A stretch of 48,651 nt of DNA from Thermoplasmata archaeon (GTDB taxonomy: Archaea > Thermoplasmatota > Thermoplasmata > Thermoplasmatales > GCA-001856825), in NCBI GenBank assembly GCA_021827945.1, contig JAKATW010000138.1, forward strand, positions 1-48,651. The letters run 5' to 3'. Shown piece after piece: positions 39,139 through 48,602 of this stretch. A program made the position numbers and the translations under genes. How positions within the stretch are numbered: the first letter of the stretch is position 1; each line of letters starts with the position of its first letter. Below the pieces are notes generated by a model. It worked only from the letters and a program-made list of their open reading frames with translations, searched no databases and was not told the DNA's origin.

Positions 39139-40310
39139 ATCCTTTTCGCTTCCTCTGAGAGGAATTGGAATGACTCCTTCACTTCAGACTCTTCATGTGC
39201 AAAGCTGATGAATATTGTTTCATCAAAAGATGGCGCGAGAAATATCCCCTTCTCAATCGCCCTTTCAAATAATCGGAAATACAGATCCTTCCTGGTCTTG
39301 AGGGCATCAGAGGCACTCTGAACTCTTTCATCTGTGAAGAATAACGAAAGCATTCCCACCTGTGAATTCACTGTCAAACCGGAACCGGACAGGCTTTCCA
39401 CAGCAATATCTGTGAGTTTTTTTAGACTGGAATAATCTTTTTTAGAAAGTATCTCCAGAGTCTTCAATCCTGCAGCTACGGAAAGGGGGTTTCCTGAAAA
39501 TGTGCCTGCCTGGGGGAATGGCCCTTCCGGCCTTACATCCCTCATAATTCTCTCACTCCCTCCGTACGCAGCCAGTGTGAGACCGCCTCCGATTATCTTT
39601 GCAAATGTGGCCAGATCTGGCACCACCTTCTCTCTGACATAAAAGGGATGAAACCCGGTTCTGAAACCCGTGATTACCTCATCCAAGATCAACAGTGTCC
39701 CGGTATTTTCGGTAATTTCTCTCACTTCCTCCAGATAACCTTCGACTGGATTTATGACTCCAGTGTTTCCCATCACAGGTTCCATGATAAGGCAAGCGAA
39801 TTCCTTGCTCGATAGTTTTTCCTTCACAGAATCTGGGGAATTGAACTCAACTGATTCAACGTAGTCTGAGTCGAAGTTGAATGGATGCGTTCCGTGATAC
39901 CCACCCTTGATCTTGAGCACTTTCTTTCTATTAGTGTGGTGTTTTGCAAGCCTTATGGCGTGCATAGTTGCCTCTGTACCCGTATTGACTATCCTGATAG
40001 TGTTCAGGGATGCGGATTTGGTCAACAGTTCTCCGAACTTCACTTCTAGTTCGGTGGGCGCCCCAAACAGCGTGCCATCCCGAGCAACTTCATTGATTCT
40101 ATCCACTACTTCCTTTTGTGAGTGACCTAATATGAGTGGCCCATACGCGAGTAGGAAGTCGACGTATTCTTTGTCGTCGACATCCCATATCCTAGAGCCC
40201 TTCCCCTTCTTAATGAACCGGGGGTACGGAGGGTAGTACCTGACAGGGCTGTTTACACCCTTTGGAAACAGTCTCGATGATCTCTCAAATAGTCTTTCAC
40301 TGTTGTTCAG
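39123..40310 (-). CDS. hemL: Glutamate-1-semialdehyde 2,1-aminomutase (non-canonical CTG start inferred)
   Basis: Frame extends upstream of the track start 40106 through GVNSPVR, GSRIWDVDDKEYVD and GPLILGH to CTG at 40310; GTEATM, YHG, DEVITGFR, FAKIIGGG, GTFSGNP. Confidence 0.92.
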   Translation of the reverse strand: MNNSERLFERSSRLFPKGVNSPVRYYPPYPRFIKKGKGSRIWDVDDKEYVDFLLAYGPLILGHSQKEVVDRINEVARDGTLFGAPTELEVKFGELLTKSASLNTIRIVNTGTEATMHAIRLAKHHTNRKKVLKIKGGYHGTHPFNFDSDYVESVEFNSPDSVKEKLSSKEFACLIMEPVMGNTGVINPVEGYLEEVREITENTGTLLILDEVITGFRTGFHPFYVREKVVPDLATFAKIIGGGLTLAAYGGSERIMRDVRPEGPFPQAGTFSGNPLSVAAGLKTLEILSKKDYSSLKKLTDIAVESLSGSGLTVNSQVGMLSLFFTDERVQSASDALKTRKDLYFRLFERAIEKGIFLAPSFDETIFISFAHEESEVKESFQFLSEEAKRIWKAH

Positions 40311-40813
40311 AAAAATACTCCTGCCAGTATCTCCGCGACCAGCACTACTACCACCATCATTCCCACCGTTATGAATGACAGTAGGTGTGATATTTTCCTC
40401 AACCGTTTGAGCTCATCAAACTTGCCTTCCTCTGCAAGTTTCGGAAATTTCTTGCCATGCCACAGATTGTTTCCATACAGAATCCCGTACATCAGTGCCA
40501 CGGCAACTATCTTGACAGTCAGAACCTGCCCCCATTGAGTAGCGATCGTTCCAGAGAAGTCAGTGAAATACGACGGGCGGTAGAGGTAGACAAGGAGTAA
40601 ACCTGTTACCGTGAGAAGAATAATAGATACGTTAGTCCATAACGCGTATCTCTTGCCCATCAACGACATGAATCTGGTTCTCTGTTTTTCATCTGGCATT
40701 GCAATGCTACTGGCAGGCCACACAATGACCCAAACAAATATAGATGAGCCAACTAGAAAAACTGCACAGATTACGTGAATGAATAGGACCGTAATCATCA
40801 ATAGGTCATACAT
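40307..40813 (-). CDS. Four-TM membrane protein, CopD/HemJ-like fold
   Basis: His in TM1 (FIHVICA), TG in TM2, WGQVLTVKI in TM3; lies inside the hem operon. Confidence 0.6.
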   Translation of the reverse strand: MYDLLMITVLFIHVICAVFLVGSSIFVWVIVWPASSIAMPDEKQRTRFMSLMGKRYALWTNVSIILLTVTGLLLVYLYRPSYFTDFSGTIATQWGQVLTVKIVAVALMYGILYGNNLWHGKKFPKLAEEGKFDELKRLRKISHLLSFITVGMMVVVVLVAEILAGVFF

Positions 40814-40825
40814 AGTAAAGGCAGA

Positions 40826-41956
40826 TTACGTTACGCTATTCAAAGCTTTCATGGAGTCGGGAATGTAGACGCACCTTGGATCCTCCTGGAACATGTCTCC
40901 AAAATAGCTGTATGCCCTGGACCTTGACCCACCACATATGTCCGAATATTCACACATACCACATCTCCCCTTGAAGTTCCGGGAATCCCTCAACCTGACG
41001 AGGACCTCATTGTTCCTGTAGATTTCCACTATACTTCTTTCTTTGACATTTCCCAGTTTAATTGGAAGAAATCCGGATGGATTGACATCTCCATTGTGAG
41101 CTACGAATATTATGCCCTTACCATCTCGTGTCTGGCTAGTGTGTCCCTTGGGCCGGTCACCAGGTTTTCCAAGAAGATTTATTGTTTCTTTTACAAGTCT
41201 CCCGTAGAGTTCTCCTCCCCGGTATTCGCTCTTCTCTCTCTCGATCAGGATTCTCCTAAAGAATGGGGCTTCCACTGTCCTGATCGATATTCCGTATCTT
41301 GATGCAAACTCAAGATAATTGAAGACATCTTCATATGATTCGGAATCCAGATCCTCCCTGTCGATTCCCCTTCCAGTTTTGATCAACGAAAAGACTTCCC
41401 AGGTCTTGACTCTGGTTTCTAGAAGTATCTTCAGAAGTTGAGGGAGTTCGTTTACATTCCTCCTGAATACTGTGGTGTTTATCTGGAGGGTAAATCCCTC
41501 GGCGATGATCTTCCTTGCCAGATCTAGCGTCTTGTCAAAAGTTCCAATGTACCCTCTCAGCCAATCGTGTGAATCAGATGACGCTCCGTCAAGGCTCAGC
41601 GACATAGACTTCACCCCGTGCCTTTTCATCATTGCAAACGCTTCGCTATTCAGCAGCGGTGTGGCACTGGGGGACATCGAGGCAGGAATTCCGAGTTCCT
41701 TCGCTTTCTCTAGAATTGTTTCGACCCCCCTTTTCTTCATAATGTCTCCTCCTGTCAGTATCAGCACCGGGTAGGGTGGTCCGAACTCTTTGATCTGCTC
41801 GACAAAGGACAGGGAATGCTCCAGGTCCATCTCATCAGGCAGTGCCTCAAGTAGTGCGGATGCCCTACAGTGCTTGCAGGCAAGATCACAGGCTTTAGTC
41901 GTCTCCCAGAATATAAGTATTGGCTTGGAATTGTAGTCGATTGGACGGGGGTTCAC
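40826..41956 (-). CDS. Radical SAM/SPASM protein, AhbD/NirJ-like (resembles BA_1875-type)
   Basis: WETTKACDLACKHCRA, LTGGD, SLDG, GDVNPSGFLP, CGMCEY..CGGSRSRAY...DP.C. Confidence 0.85.
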   Translation of the reverse strand: MNPRPIDYNSKPILIFWETTKACDLACKHCRASALLEALPDEMDLEHSLSFVEQIKEFGPPYPVLILTGGDIMKKRGVETILEKAKELGIPASMSPSATPLLNSEAFAMMKRHGVKSMSLSLDGASSDSHDWLRGYIGTFDKTLDLARKIIAEGFTLQINTTVFRRNVNELPQLLKILLETRVKTWEVFSLIKTGRGIDREDLDSESYEDVFNYLEFASRYGISIRTVEAPFFRRILIEREKSEYRGGELYGRLVKETINLLGKPGDRPKGHTSQTRDGKGIIFVAHNGDVNPSGFLPIKLGNVKERSIVEIYRNNEVLVRLRDSRNFKGRCGMCEYSDICGGSRSRAYSYFGDMFQEDPRCVYIPDSMKALNSVT

Positions 41957-42173
41957 TGCGAGTGGATTAATGAATTCTATTTAAGTAAAACGTAACTCCG
42001 TCATTAAACAGATCACGTGAGCTGTAACCTTGCCTTCATTCTTTGGATCGGAGACAGCTGAAATCCTTGAGTATAGATTCTCTGCGACCCTTCCCATCTC
42101 CTTTGCGATCACAATCTCCACATCCCTGAGGCCAGATTTCAAAATGATTTATACTCCTACTGATTGAAGAGAC

Positions 42174-43145
42174 GTGAATGGAAACAAGAAAGTACTCCAG
42201 ATAGCGAAGGGGGAGCTTCAGGACAATGCAGTTTGGTTCATGAGACAGGCAGGAAGGTATCTCCCTGAATATGAATCAATGAAGGCAGGCAGACCTTTTA
42301 TCCAGTTCTTGAGAGATCCCCAAACGATATTCGACGTTTCAACCCTCCCATTGAAATACCTGGATGTGGACGCGATAGTAGTATTCACTGACATTCTGTT
42401 GCCACTTACCAAGATCGGGTACGACTTGTCTTACGAGAGCGGAATATCCGTCCAGGAGTCAAGCAAGGAGGATTTCGATCTCTACTCTCCGCTCAAGGTG
42501 GGTCTGAAGAGGATAGCTGAACTCCATTCCGATAAGACGATCATCGGGGTGGTTGGGGGACCATTCACCACCCTGTCATATATCCATGATGGAGGGAAGG
42601 GAGGATATCGCAGGACCAAGGAGATACTTGCGTCTGGCGATAGTGAAATACTGTCAACGCTGACAGAACGGATAGTCGAGTTTGCATCTGTCCAAGTCGA
42701 TTCCGGTGCCGATGTCATACAGATCTTCGATAGCTGGTTGGGTGGAGTCTCGGAGAGTTATTACGACAACCATCTTGGCAAGAACGAGGCATATTTTGTG
42801 AACAGGATTAAGGAACTGGGAAAACCAGTGATCTTCTTCAGTGACCATATAATCTGAGAAAGGATTAAGCTGCTGGACTTAAAAGCGGATGTATACTCCA
42901 TCGACTGGAGAATGGACCTGGACAGATTCAGAAACATATGTTCAGACTGTGTAGTCCAGGGGAATCTGGACCCGTATCTGTTGGGTGCCGATGACAGATA
43001 CATAAGCAAAGAAACAATCCGAATTATGCAGCAGGGCAAGAGATTCAGAGGACACATTTTTAATCTTGGGCACGGAGTCCCACCCTGGACTGATTGGAGA
43101 AAGCTTGATGTCATTGCCAGGGAGGTGCATAGCTATCCAAGATAA
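42174..43145 (+). pseudogene. hemE: Uroporphyrinogen decarboxylase interrupted by one in-frame TGA (42855-42857)
   Basis: WFMRQAGRYLPEY, FTDIL, GGPFT, QIFDSW, then past the stop in the same frame SIDW, QGNLDP, HIFNLGHG. Confidence 0.85.
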
Positions 43146-43980
43146 GGCTGTTGTACTGATGTACTATGGCTTCCCGGATAGAAGGGAAGAGATGCATGAT
43201 TATCTTAAGGATATCCTCCACGGTAAAGACCCGCCAGAAGGACTCATCCGGGAAAATCTGCAGAAACTGGACATAGTAGGCGGTTCAACGCCATCAACGA
43301 AGATAGTGAAGAGTATAAAGGAAAAGGTGAGCAAGAGACTGGAAGACGAAGGTTATTCCGTATATCTCCTCTCCAAACACTACACCCCTTCCCTCAACGA
43401 TGCTGCAAAAATAGTTCAAGGAGATGAAGTGTATGAAGTCCCCCTATTTCCGGTCTATTCAAAATTCATATTTGATGGTTATTTTGGACCTCTAGAAGAA
43501 CAACTGAAGGGCAAGAAATTGATCCGAGTATCAGATATAGGATTCAACAGGGGGATGATAGACTTTTATAAGGGAAAAATTAAGAGTGACAGAAATTCCC
43601 TTCTCACTTTTTCTGCTCACAGCATACCACTGGTGGGACCTGACTCCTATTCCGAGTCCGTACTGAGGTTGTCGAGAGAGATAGCCGATACAAGGCAATT
43701 CATCAACATATACCATAGCCAGGGACCTTTTCGTCCCAAGTGGCTGACACCCTACCCGGAGTATTCTGTTTCCTTTGCCAAAGAGAACGGTTTCAAGAGA
43801 ATACAGATAGTACCAATCGGCTTCATCTATGAACACCTAGAAGTACTCTACGATCTTGATTACAGGCTGAAGAATGAAGCAGCAAAAGAAGGAATAGGAT
43901 TTGATAGGGTCCCGCTCCCAAATGATGGTAACGTGGTAATCGATGCGATCGTCGATTCCATATACAGATCAAAATCCTGA
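43108..43980 (+). CDS. hemH: Ferrochelatase (start uncertain: 43066, 43108 or non-canonical 43135)
   Basis: VLMYYG.P, PLFP.YS, FSAHSIP, SQG...WLTP, PIGF..EHLEVLYDLD, PND. Confidence 0.88.
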   Translation: MSLPGRCIAIQDKAVVLMYYGFPDRREEMHDYLKDILHGKDPPEGLIRENLQKLDIVGGSTPSTKIVKSIKEKVSKRLEDEGYSVYLLSKHYTPSLNDAAKIVQGDEVYEVPLFPVYSKFIFDGYFGPLEEQLKGKKLIRVSDIGFNRGMIDFYKGKIKSDRNSLLTFSAHSIPLVGPDSYSESVLRLSREIADTRQFINIYHSQGPFRPKWLTPYPEYSVSFAKENGFKRIQIVPIGFIYEHLEVLYDLDYRLKNEAAKEGIGFDRVPLPNDGNVVIDAIVDSIYRSKS

Positions 43981-44053
43981 GTGGATTGGGGAATAATTCG
44001 GTATGGGGTCCTGTCCTGGGCAAATGATATAGTACAAGCATTCATACAGAGCT

Positions 44054-46471
44054 ATGATCGACCAGGAGTTCAAGCCTTTCACGCTTACTGGTTATGAAAC
44101 GAAAATGGAACGGGAGAAGCAGTTCAACCTGAAGAGGACCGTGATTGACATAAAGATAAACTTTGAAGAAAGGGCGATAGAGGGAAAGGTCGAACTGGAT
44201 CTGAAAATGAACAGTCTTCCCCAGGACCATCTTGATATAGATGCAACAGACATGGAGATCTACAATGTATCGGTCCGTGGAACTCCCTCAAATTTTGATA
44301 CCTTCCAGGATAACATAGTAGTTTACGGAGACTTCAAGGCATTCTCTGATTACATCATCACAATCACCTACAAGTCTTATCCAAAGAGAGGAGGTTATTT
44401 TGTTGAGGACGAAGGAGGAATGCAGTTCTGGACGCATGGAGAAAGCACTGACAATCACGCATGGTTCCCGTGCTTTGATTATCCGAACACAAGGAGCTCC
44501 TACGAGATGAGAGTGACAGTACCGAATGACTATGTAGTGATAAGCAATGGCCGACTCTCGGACAGAATTGAAGGTGACTTTTCCACATTCGTTTTCAAGG
44601 AAGAATTCAGGTTCCCTGCCTATCTTGTCAGCGTAATCGCTGGAAAATTTAAATCGTTCAAGCAGGAATGGGATGGGATACCGATCACATCTTATTTCCT
44701 TCCAAAGTTCGAGGAGAGGGCAGAGAGGTCTTTCAGGAACTCACCGGAAATTATGGAGTTCATAAGCCAGAAAACCGGTGTCAGATACCCATATTCCAAA
44801 TACGATCAGACCTGCGTTTCTTTATTCGTGATGGGAGGAATGGAGAACATCAATGCGACGACACTTACGGATCGCACTCTGCATGACGAGATTGCTCATA
44901 TGGACTATCAGTCAGAGCCATTGGTGTGTCATGAGATGGCACACCAGTGGTTTGGTGATTATGTGACGTGCAGAGACTGGTCTCAAGCGTGGTTGAACGA
45001 GGGATTTGCCACTTACATTGCTTTGATTTACATGGAGAAGCTCAAGGGAAGGGACGAGTTTTTGGTAGACGTGGAGAACTCAAGGGAGATCTACCTGAAG
45101 GAATTTTCTGAAAACTACGGAAGACCTATAGTGGAGCGCAGGTACAAGGAGCCGGAAGAACTGTTTGACAGACACCTTTATCAGAAGGCATCCCTATTCC
45201 TAAGATATCTGAATTACTACCTTGGGGACAAGGTATTCTGGAACGGAATAAAGGAGTACCTGGAGGCCAACAAGATGAATGGTGTTTCCACGGAGGATTT
45301 CAGGAAAGCTCTCTCCAACGTTTCGGGATTCTCACTTGAAGCGTTATACCATCAATTCCTGGATGAGCCAGGACACCCGGAATTCAGGGTAGAAGAGGTC
45401 GCATCAAGGGGTAAGGTAGAGATAAGGATCACCCAAACAGGACGGAATTTCCAGGTAAGAATACCGGCAAGGGTATATTACGCAGACAGGAAGGACAATA
45501 TTGAGGTGACCCTTGAAGGGAAAATCACTCAGCTGGAATTCGAAAAGAAAGGTTTCAGAGGCTTCTCTCTGGATCCAGAGAGCAAAGTTCTCTGCACCAT
45601 TTCGACTGTCAGATCAAAGGAAAATTCGAGATTTCTTTTACGTAACGGGGAGAGTATCGTCGAAAGGGGTAGGGCAGCAACTGAACTTGGAAAGTTCGGT
45701 GTCTCAGAGATTTATTTCCTGTTGGAATCATTTGAACTGGAGAGATTCTGGTACGTGAAGGGCAAGATCGCAGAAGCTGTCTCGAAGATAGGAGGAAAAA
45801 AGAGTTCGAGTGCGATCCAGGAAATGCTTGGAGACTCTGATTACAGGACAAGAAGAGAAGTGGTCAAACACGCTTCGAATCTTAACGACAAAGACCTGCT
45901 CGTCAAACTGAAGGAGATGTTTGAAAAGGAGCAGGGATATCGGTTGAGAGCCAACATCATTTCGAGCGCACAACGAATTGGCAAAGAGGAGTCTAAAGAG
46001 CTGTTACTGAAGGGACTTGAAACTGATTCTTACGATAACATCGTCAGAATCGCTTCACTGACCGCACTTGGAGAACAAGCAGATCTATCGACACTCGATG
46101 CCGTAAAGAAATTCTTCAAGAAGGAGTACGACCCTCAAACGCGATCCGCAGCAATTGCTTCAATCGCAAAGTTCTACTGGACAGACCGTTCTGTTGCGAA
46201 CATTTTGATAGGGGGACTGGAAGATGAATCCTTCATGGTGAGAAAGAGCACAGCGAACGGAATCAGAGACATTGGGGATTTTGAACTGACATCCAGAATT
46301 TCACCTTATCTGGAAAGGGAAGAGCAGGCACCGGTAAAGAGGTCGATGAGAGAAGCACTTGAATCAAAGGGAATTTCCATCCCGCAGGATTTCAAGTCGA
46401 TAAAGGATGAGCTAGATAGGTTGAAGGACAGAGTGACTACCCTCGAGGCAAAGAAGATTGTAAAAAAATGA
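44054..46471 (+). CDS. pepN: M1 family zinc aminopeptidase with HEAT repeats and coiled-coil tail
   Basis: WFPCFD, GGMEN, HEMAHQWFG, WLNEG, YQK; C-terminal HEAT-like repeats. Confidence 0.9.
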   Translation: MIDQEFKPFTLTGYETKMEREKQFNLKRTVIDIKINFEERAIEGKVELDLKMNSLPQDHLDIDATDMEIYNVSVRGTPSNFDTFQDNIVVYGDFKAFSDYIITITYKSYPKRGGYFVEDEGGMQFWTHGESTDNHAWFPCFDYPNTRSSYEMRVTVPNDYVVISNGRLSDRIEGDFSTFVFKEEFRFPAYLVSVIAGKFKSFKQEWDGIPITSYFLPKFEERAERSFRNSPEIMEFISQKTGVRYPYSKYDQTCVSLFVMGGMENINATTLTDRTLHDEIAHMDYQSEPLVCHEMAHQWFGDYVTCRDWSQAWLNEGFATYIALIYMEKLKGRDEFLVDVENSREIYLKEFSENYGRPIVERRYKEPEELFDRHLYQKASLFLRYLNYYLGDKVFWNGIKEYLEANKMNGVSTEDFRKALSNVSGFSLEALYHQFLDEPGHPEFRVEEVASRGKVEIRITQTGRNFQVRIPARVYYADRKDNIEVTLEGKITQLEFEKKGFRGFSLDPESKVLCTISTVRSKENSRFLLRNGESIVERGRAATELGKFGVSEIYFLLESFELERFWYVKGKIAEAVSKIGGKKSSSAIQEMLGDSDYRTRREVVKHASNLNDKDLLVKLKEMFEKEQGYRLRANIISSAQRIGKEESKELLLKGLETDSYDNIVRIASLTALGEQADLSTLDAVKKFFKKEYDPQTRSAAIASIAKFYWTDRSVANILIGGLEDESFMVRKSTANGIRDIGDFELTSRISPYLEREEQAPVKRSMREALESKGISIPQDFKSIKDELDRLKDRVTTLEAKKIVKK

Positions 46472-46481
46472 GGATCCCCTG

Positions 46482-46502
46482 AGCCGCGAGCGGCCTCTTT
46501 CC
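46482..46502 (+). terminator. GC hairpin followed by pyrimidines after pepN
   Basis: GCCG-CGAG-CGGC stem-loop then CTCTTTCC. Confidence 0.35.
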
Positions 46503-46540
46503 ACCTTCCATCAGGATCGATGAAATATTCTGCTTGAGTA

Positions 46541-46840
46541 GTGAATTCTATAGGGAATACATATCATCAATACTCAATCATACTCTATTTGGGACCCGGT
46601 AAGGTAACGGAATTGGACCCGCCAAATCTCCTTGGATTTGATTGGGATGAGACGTGGCACGTGACTTTCAGGTTGAAAAGCCTCGGCGATGCAAAGACTG
46701 ACTTCACTCTAATCCACTCAGGGTGGCCAGAAGGGAAGAAGAACAGATTTGGCATTGCCTATTCAGTAGTCAGGGAAATAATGAATGAAGGATGGGAAAA
46801 AACCGTCCTTGTAAGGCTCACCAAATACATAGATGGGTGA
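46541..46840 (+). pseudogene. N-terminally truncated SRPBCC/AHSA1 (YndB-like) protein
   Basis: KVTELDPPNLLGFDW..WHVTF.L...TDFTLIHSGW...MNEGW; the N-terminal strand/helix typical of the family is absent. Confidence 0.65.
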
Positions 46841-46841
46841 G

Positions 46842-47176
46842 ATGACAAGTAGCCCTTCGACTCCCGTGTATTCTTTGGAATCGCAGACCTGACGAGGAGG
46901 TCTAGTCTGACCATTCTTGTCGAAAAGGAGCTCCCTATAGTAGCAATAAGCAGGCACTTCTCTCTAAGCAGAACTGCGATCAATAAACACCTCAAGATAT
47001 TGTATGATTCCAATCTTGTCATGAAGAGGAAAGATAGGAGGGAAACTCTGTACAGACTGAATCCAGGCAAACTCGTCGACCTAAAGGATTGGCTGGGTTA
47101 CTTCGATGAGTATTGGGATCTCAGACTGACGAAACTGAAGCGACTCACGGAATCTGAGGATCTCCACCAGGAGTGA
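46842..47176 (+). pseudogene. ArsR/SmtB regulator with early frameshift
   Basis: ATG 46842 (MTSSPSTP) is out of frame with VFFGIADLTRRS...SRTAINKHLKILYDSNLV...RETLYRL...W...FDEYW; 1-nt deletion near 46866. Confidence 0.75.
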
Positions 47177-47199
47177 ATACTCATTAAGGAAAGGATGGA

Positions 47200-47228
47200 G
47201 AAATAAAAAAAATAAAAGGGAGAAGAAA
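47200..47228 (-). terminator. T-rich archaeal terminator of 47238-48602
   Basis: Minus strand TTTCTTCTCCCTTTTATTTTTTTATTT right after the stop. Confidence 0.5.
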
Positions 47229-47237
47229 TATTTAGAA

Positions 47238-48602
47238 TCAGGTGACTGGCAGGTTCTTGGGTGTCTTTTGTCTGAGGACTGGAACGATAACCGCAGCGAA
47301 AGATAGGAAGAGGATCCAGAGTCCGATCGCTTCTACATACCAGGAAAGGTCCATCACATAAATTTGCAACCCGATAAATCCGATTATTATTCCTGATATT
47401 CCAATGTATGCAGGCAACCTCAAACTCTTTTCTGCCTCTTTTCCGTAGTAATAGAGAACCGCGAAGAACGTTGCTGCTATTATCAGCATCAGGAATATGT
47501 ACAGAAGGTGTCCGTCAGAAAACGCCTGGTCGTACAGTGCCCCTGCCCCTTGTGTTGGATCGCCGAAACCATAGTAGACTTCGTTGAACTCAATCAGATA
47601 CCCAATTCCAAGCATTGCAGCCATCGCTCCAACCCAGGTTCCCATCGCAGCTATTTGAGTGTATTTTCCTCCCTTCGAAGAATCGAGAGTTTTGACAAGT
47701 CCGATTACGGCAATCATCGCACCTATTCCAACCAGTCCGGTCTGAGTATCATCAAGCGCGAGTCCATTTATACCACCAGAATTTGTGAAAACAGCAGGAA
47801 TTACCCAGGTCCCAAAAGTGGAAATCCAGTACATGGACAGCATGGAGATCACACCGATCGTGGCTACAACCATACCGATGTTTACTATCTGTCTGTACCC
47901 ATTGGATAGCTTTTGGTATCCGAATATTACTGCGGTAAGACCGACAATTCCTCCCATTATAGCAGGCGGAATTGCGTGCGAGTGCATGGTCCATGCGTTC
48001 CCTAGAAATGTGGATGTTCCGCCGATCGAGTTTACGTAATTCTGGAAGAATGGAATCAGCGAATATCCGTTGTTCATGTTCCCCCACTCAAGCACCATTC
48101 CCATAATCCCTGCAATTGAAGCAGCTACAGCAGCAATCAAAACGACCACGTAAGCGCCCCAGATGCTCTTTGCTTCCTTTCTATTCTTGAAGGGATAGAT
48201 CAGGAGCCCGATTACTAGCAATAATGCTGCAAGAACAACTATGACATCCCTTATCCCCTGCGCCACTTCATCTGCAAGTACAATACTTGAAGCAGTTGGA
48301 TAGAATAGAACTAAACCGATCACAGAGAATAGGAGTACTGGATATGTAGCAAGGTTAACAAGTTTCTGAATTACGTTTGGAAGCTTAAAGACCCTAGCAG
48401 TTACGATGATTACTAACAGCGCAAGTGGAATCATGATAGTGTGGTAGAAATTAACCACATCTAGCGTGAAATCTCCTAACCTGAACCATGTGATCCCCGG
48501 AAAAAGCGGGCTTATCAGAAGCATTAGAACCACATAGATCATAATAGCTACCGCATTTTTTTTGGTGTCGAACAGTATAGATTTTAGTCGACTTTCGCTC
48601 AT
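47238..48602 (-). CDS. Multi-pass (about 12 TM) membrane protein with TM histidines
   Basis: 454 aa, highly hydrophobic; His motifs NFYHT, MHSH, DGHL. Confidence 0.8.
   Translation of the reverse strand: MSESRLKSILFDTKKNAVAIMIYVVLMLLISPLFPGITWFRLGDFTLDVVNFYHTIMIPLALLVIIVTARVFKLPNVIQKLVNLATYPVLLFSVIGLVLFYPTASSIVLADEVAQGIRDVIVVLAALLLVIGLLIYPFKNRKEAKSIWGAYVVVLIAAVAASIAGIMGMVLEWGNMNNGYSLIPFFQNYVNSIGGTSTFLGNAWTMHSHAIPPAIMGGIVGLTAVIFGYQKLSNGYRQIVNIGMVVATIGVISMLSMYWISTFGTWVIPAVFTNSGGINGLALDDTQTGLVGIGAMIAVIGLVKTLDSSKGGKYTQIAAMGTWVGAMAAMLGIGYLIEFNEVYYGFGDPTQGAGALYDQAFSDGHLLYIFLMLIIAATFFAVLYYYGKEAEKSLRLPAYIGISGIIIGFIGLQIYVMDLSWYVEAIGLWILFLSFAAVIVPVLRQKTPKNLPVT

Noticed and set aside
41981..42142. 53-codon minus-strand ORF (MKSGLRDVEIVIAKEMGRVA...) between rSAM and hemE
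   Set aside because: Overlaps the likely TATA box of the rSAM gene, has no room for its own promoter and only vague similarity; possibly a remnant but unsupported.
42843..42864. Micro-inversion (phase switch) explaining the hemE stop
   Set aside because: Inverting about 20 nt reopens the frame, but flanking inverted repeats are only 1-2 bp and such rescue is likely by chance.
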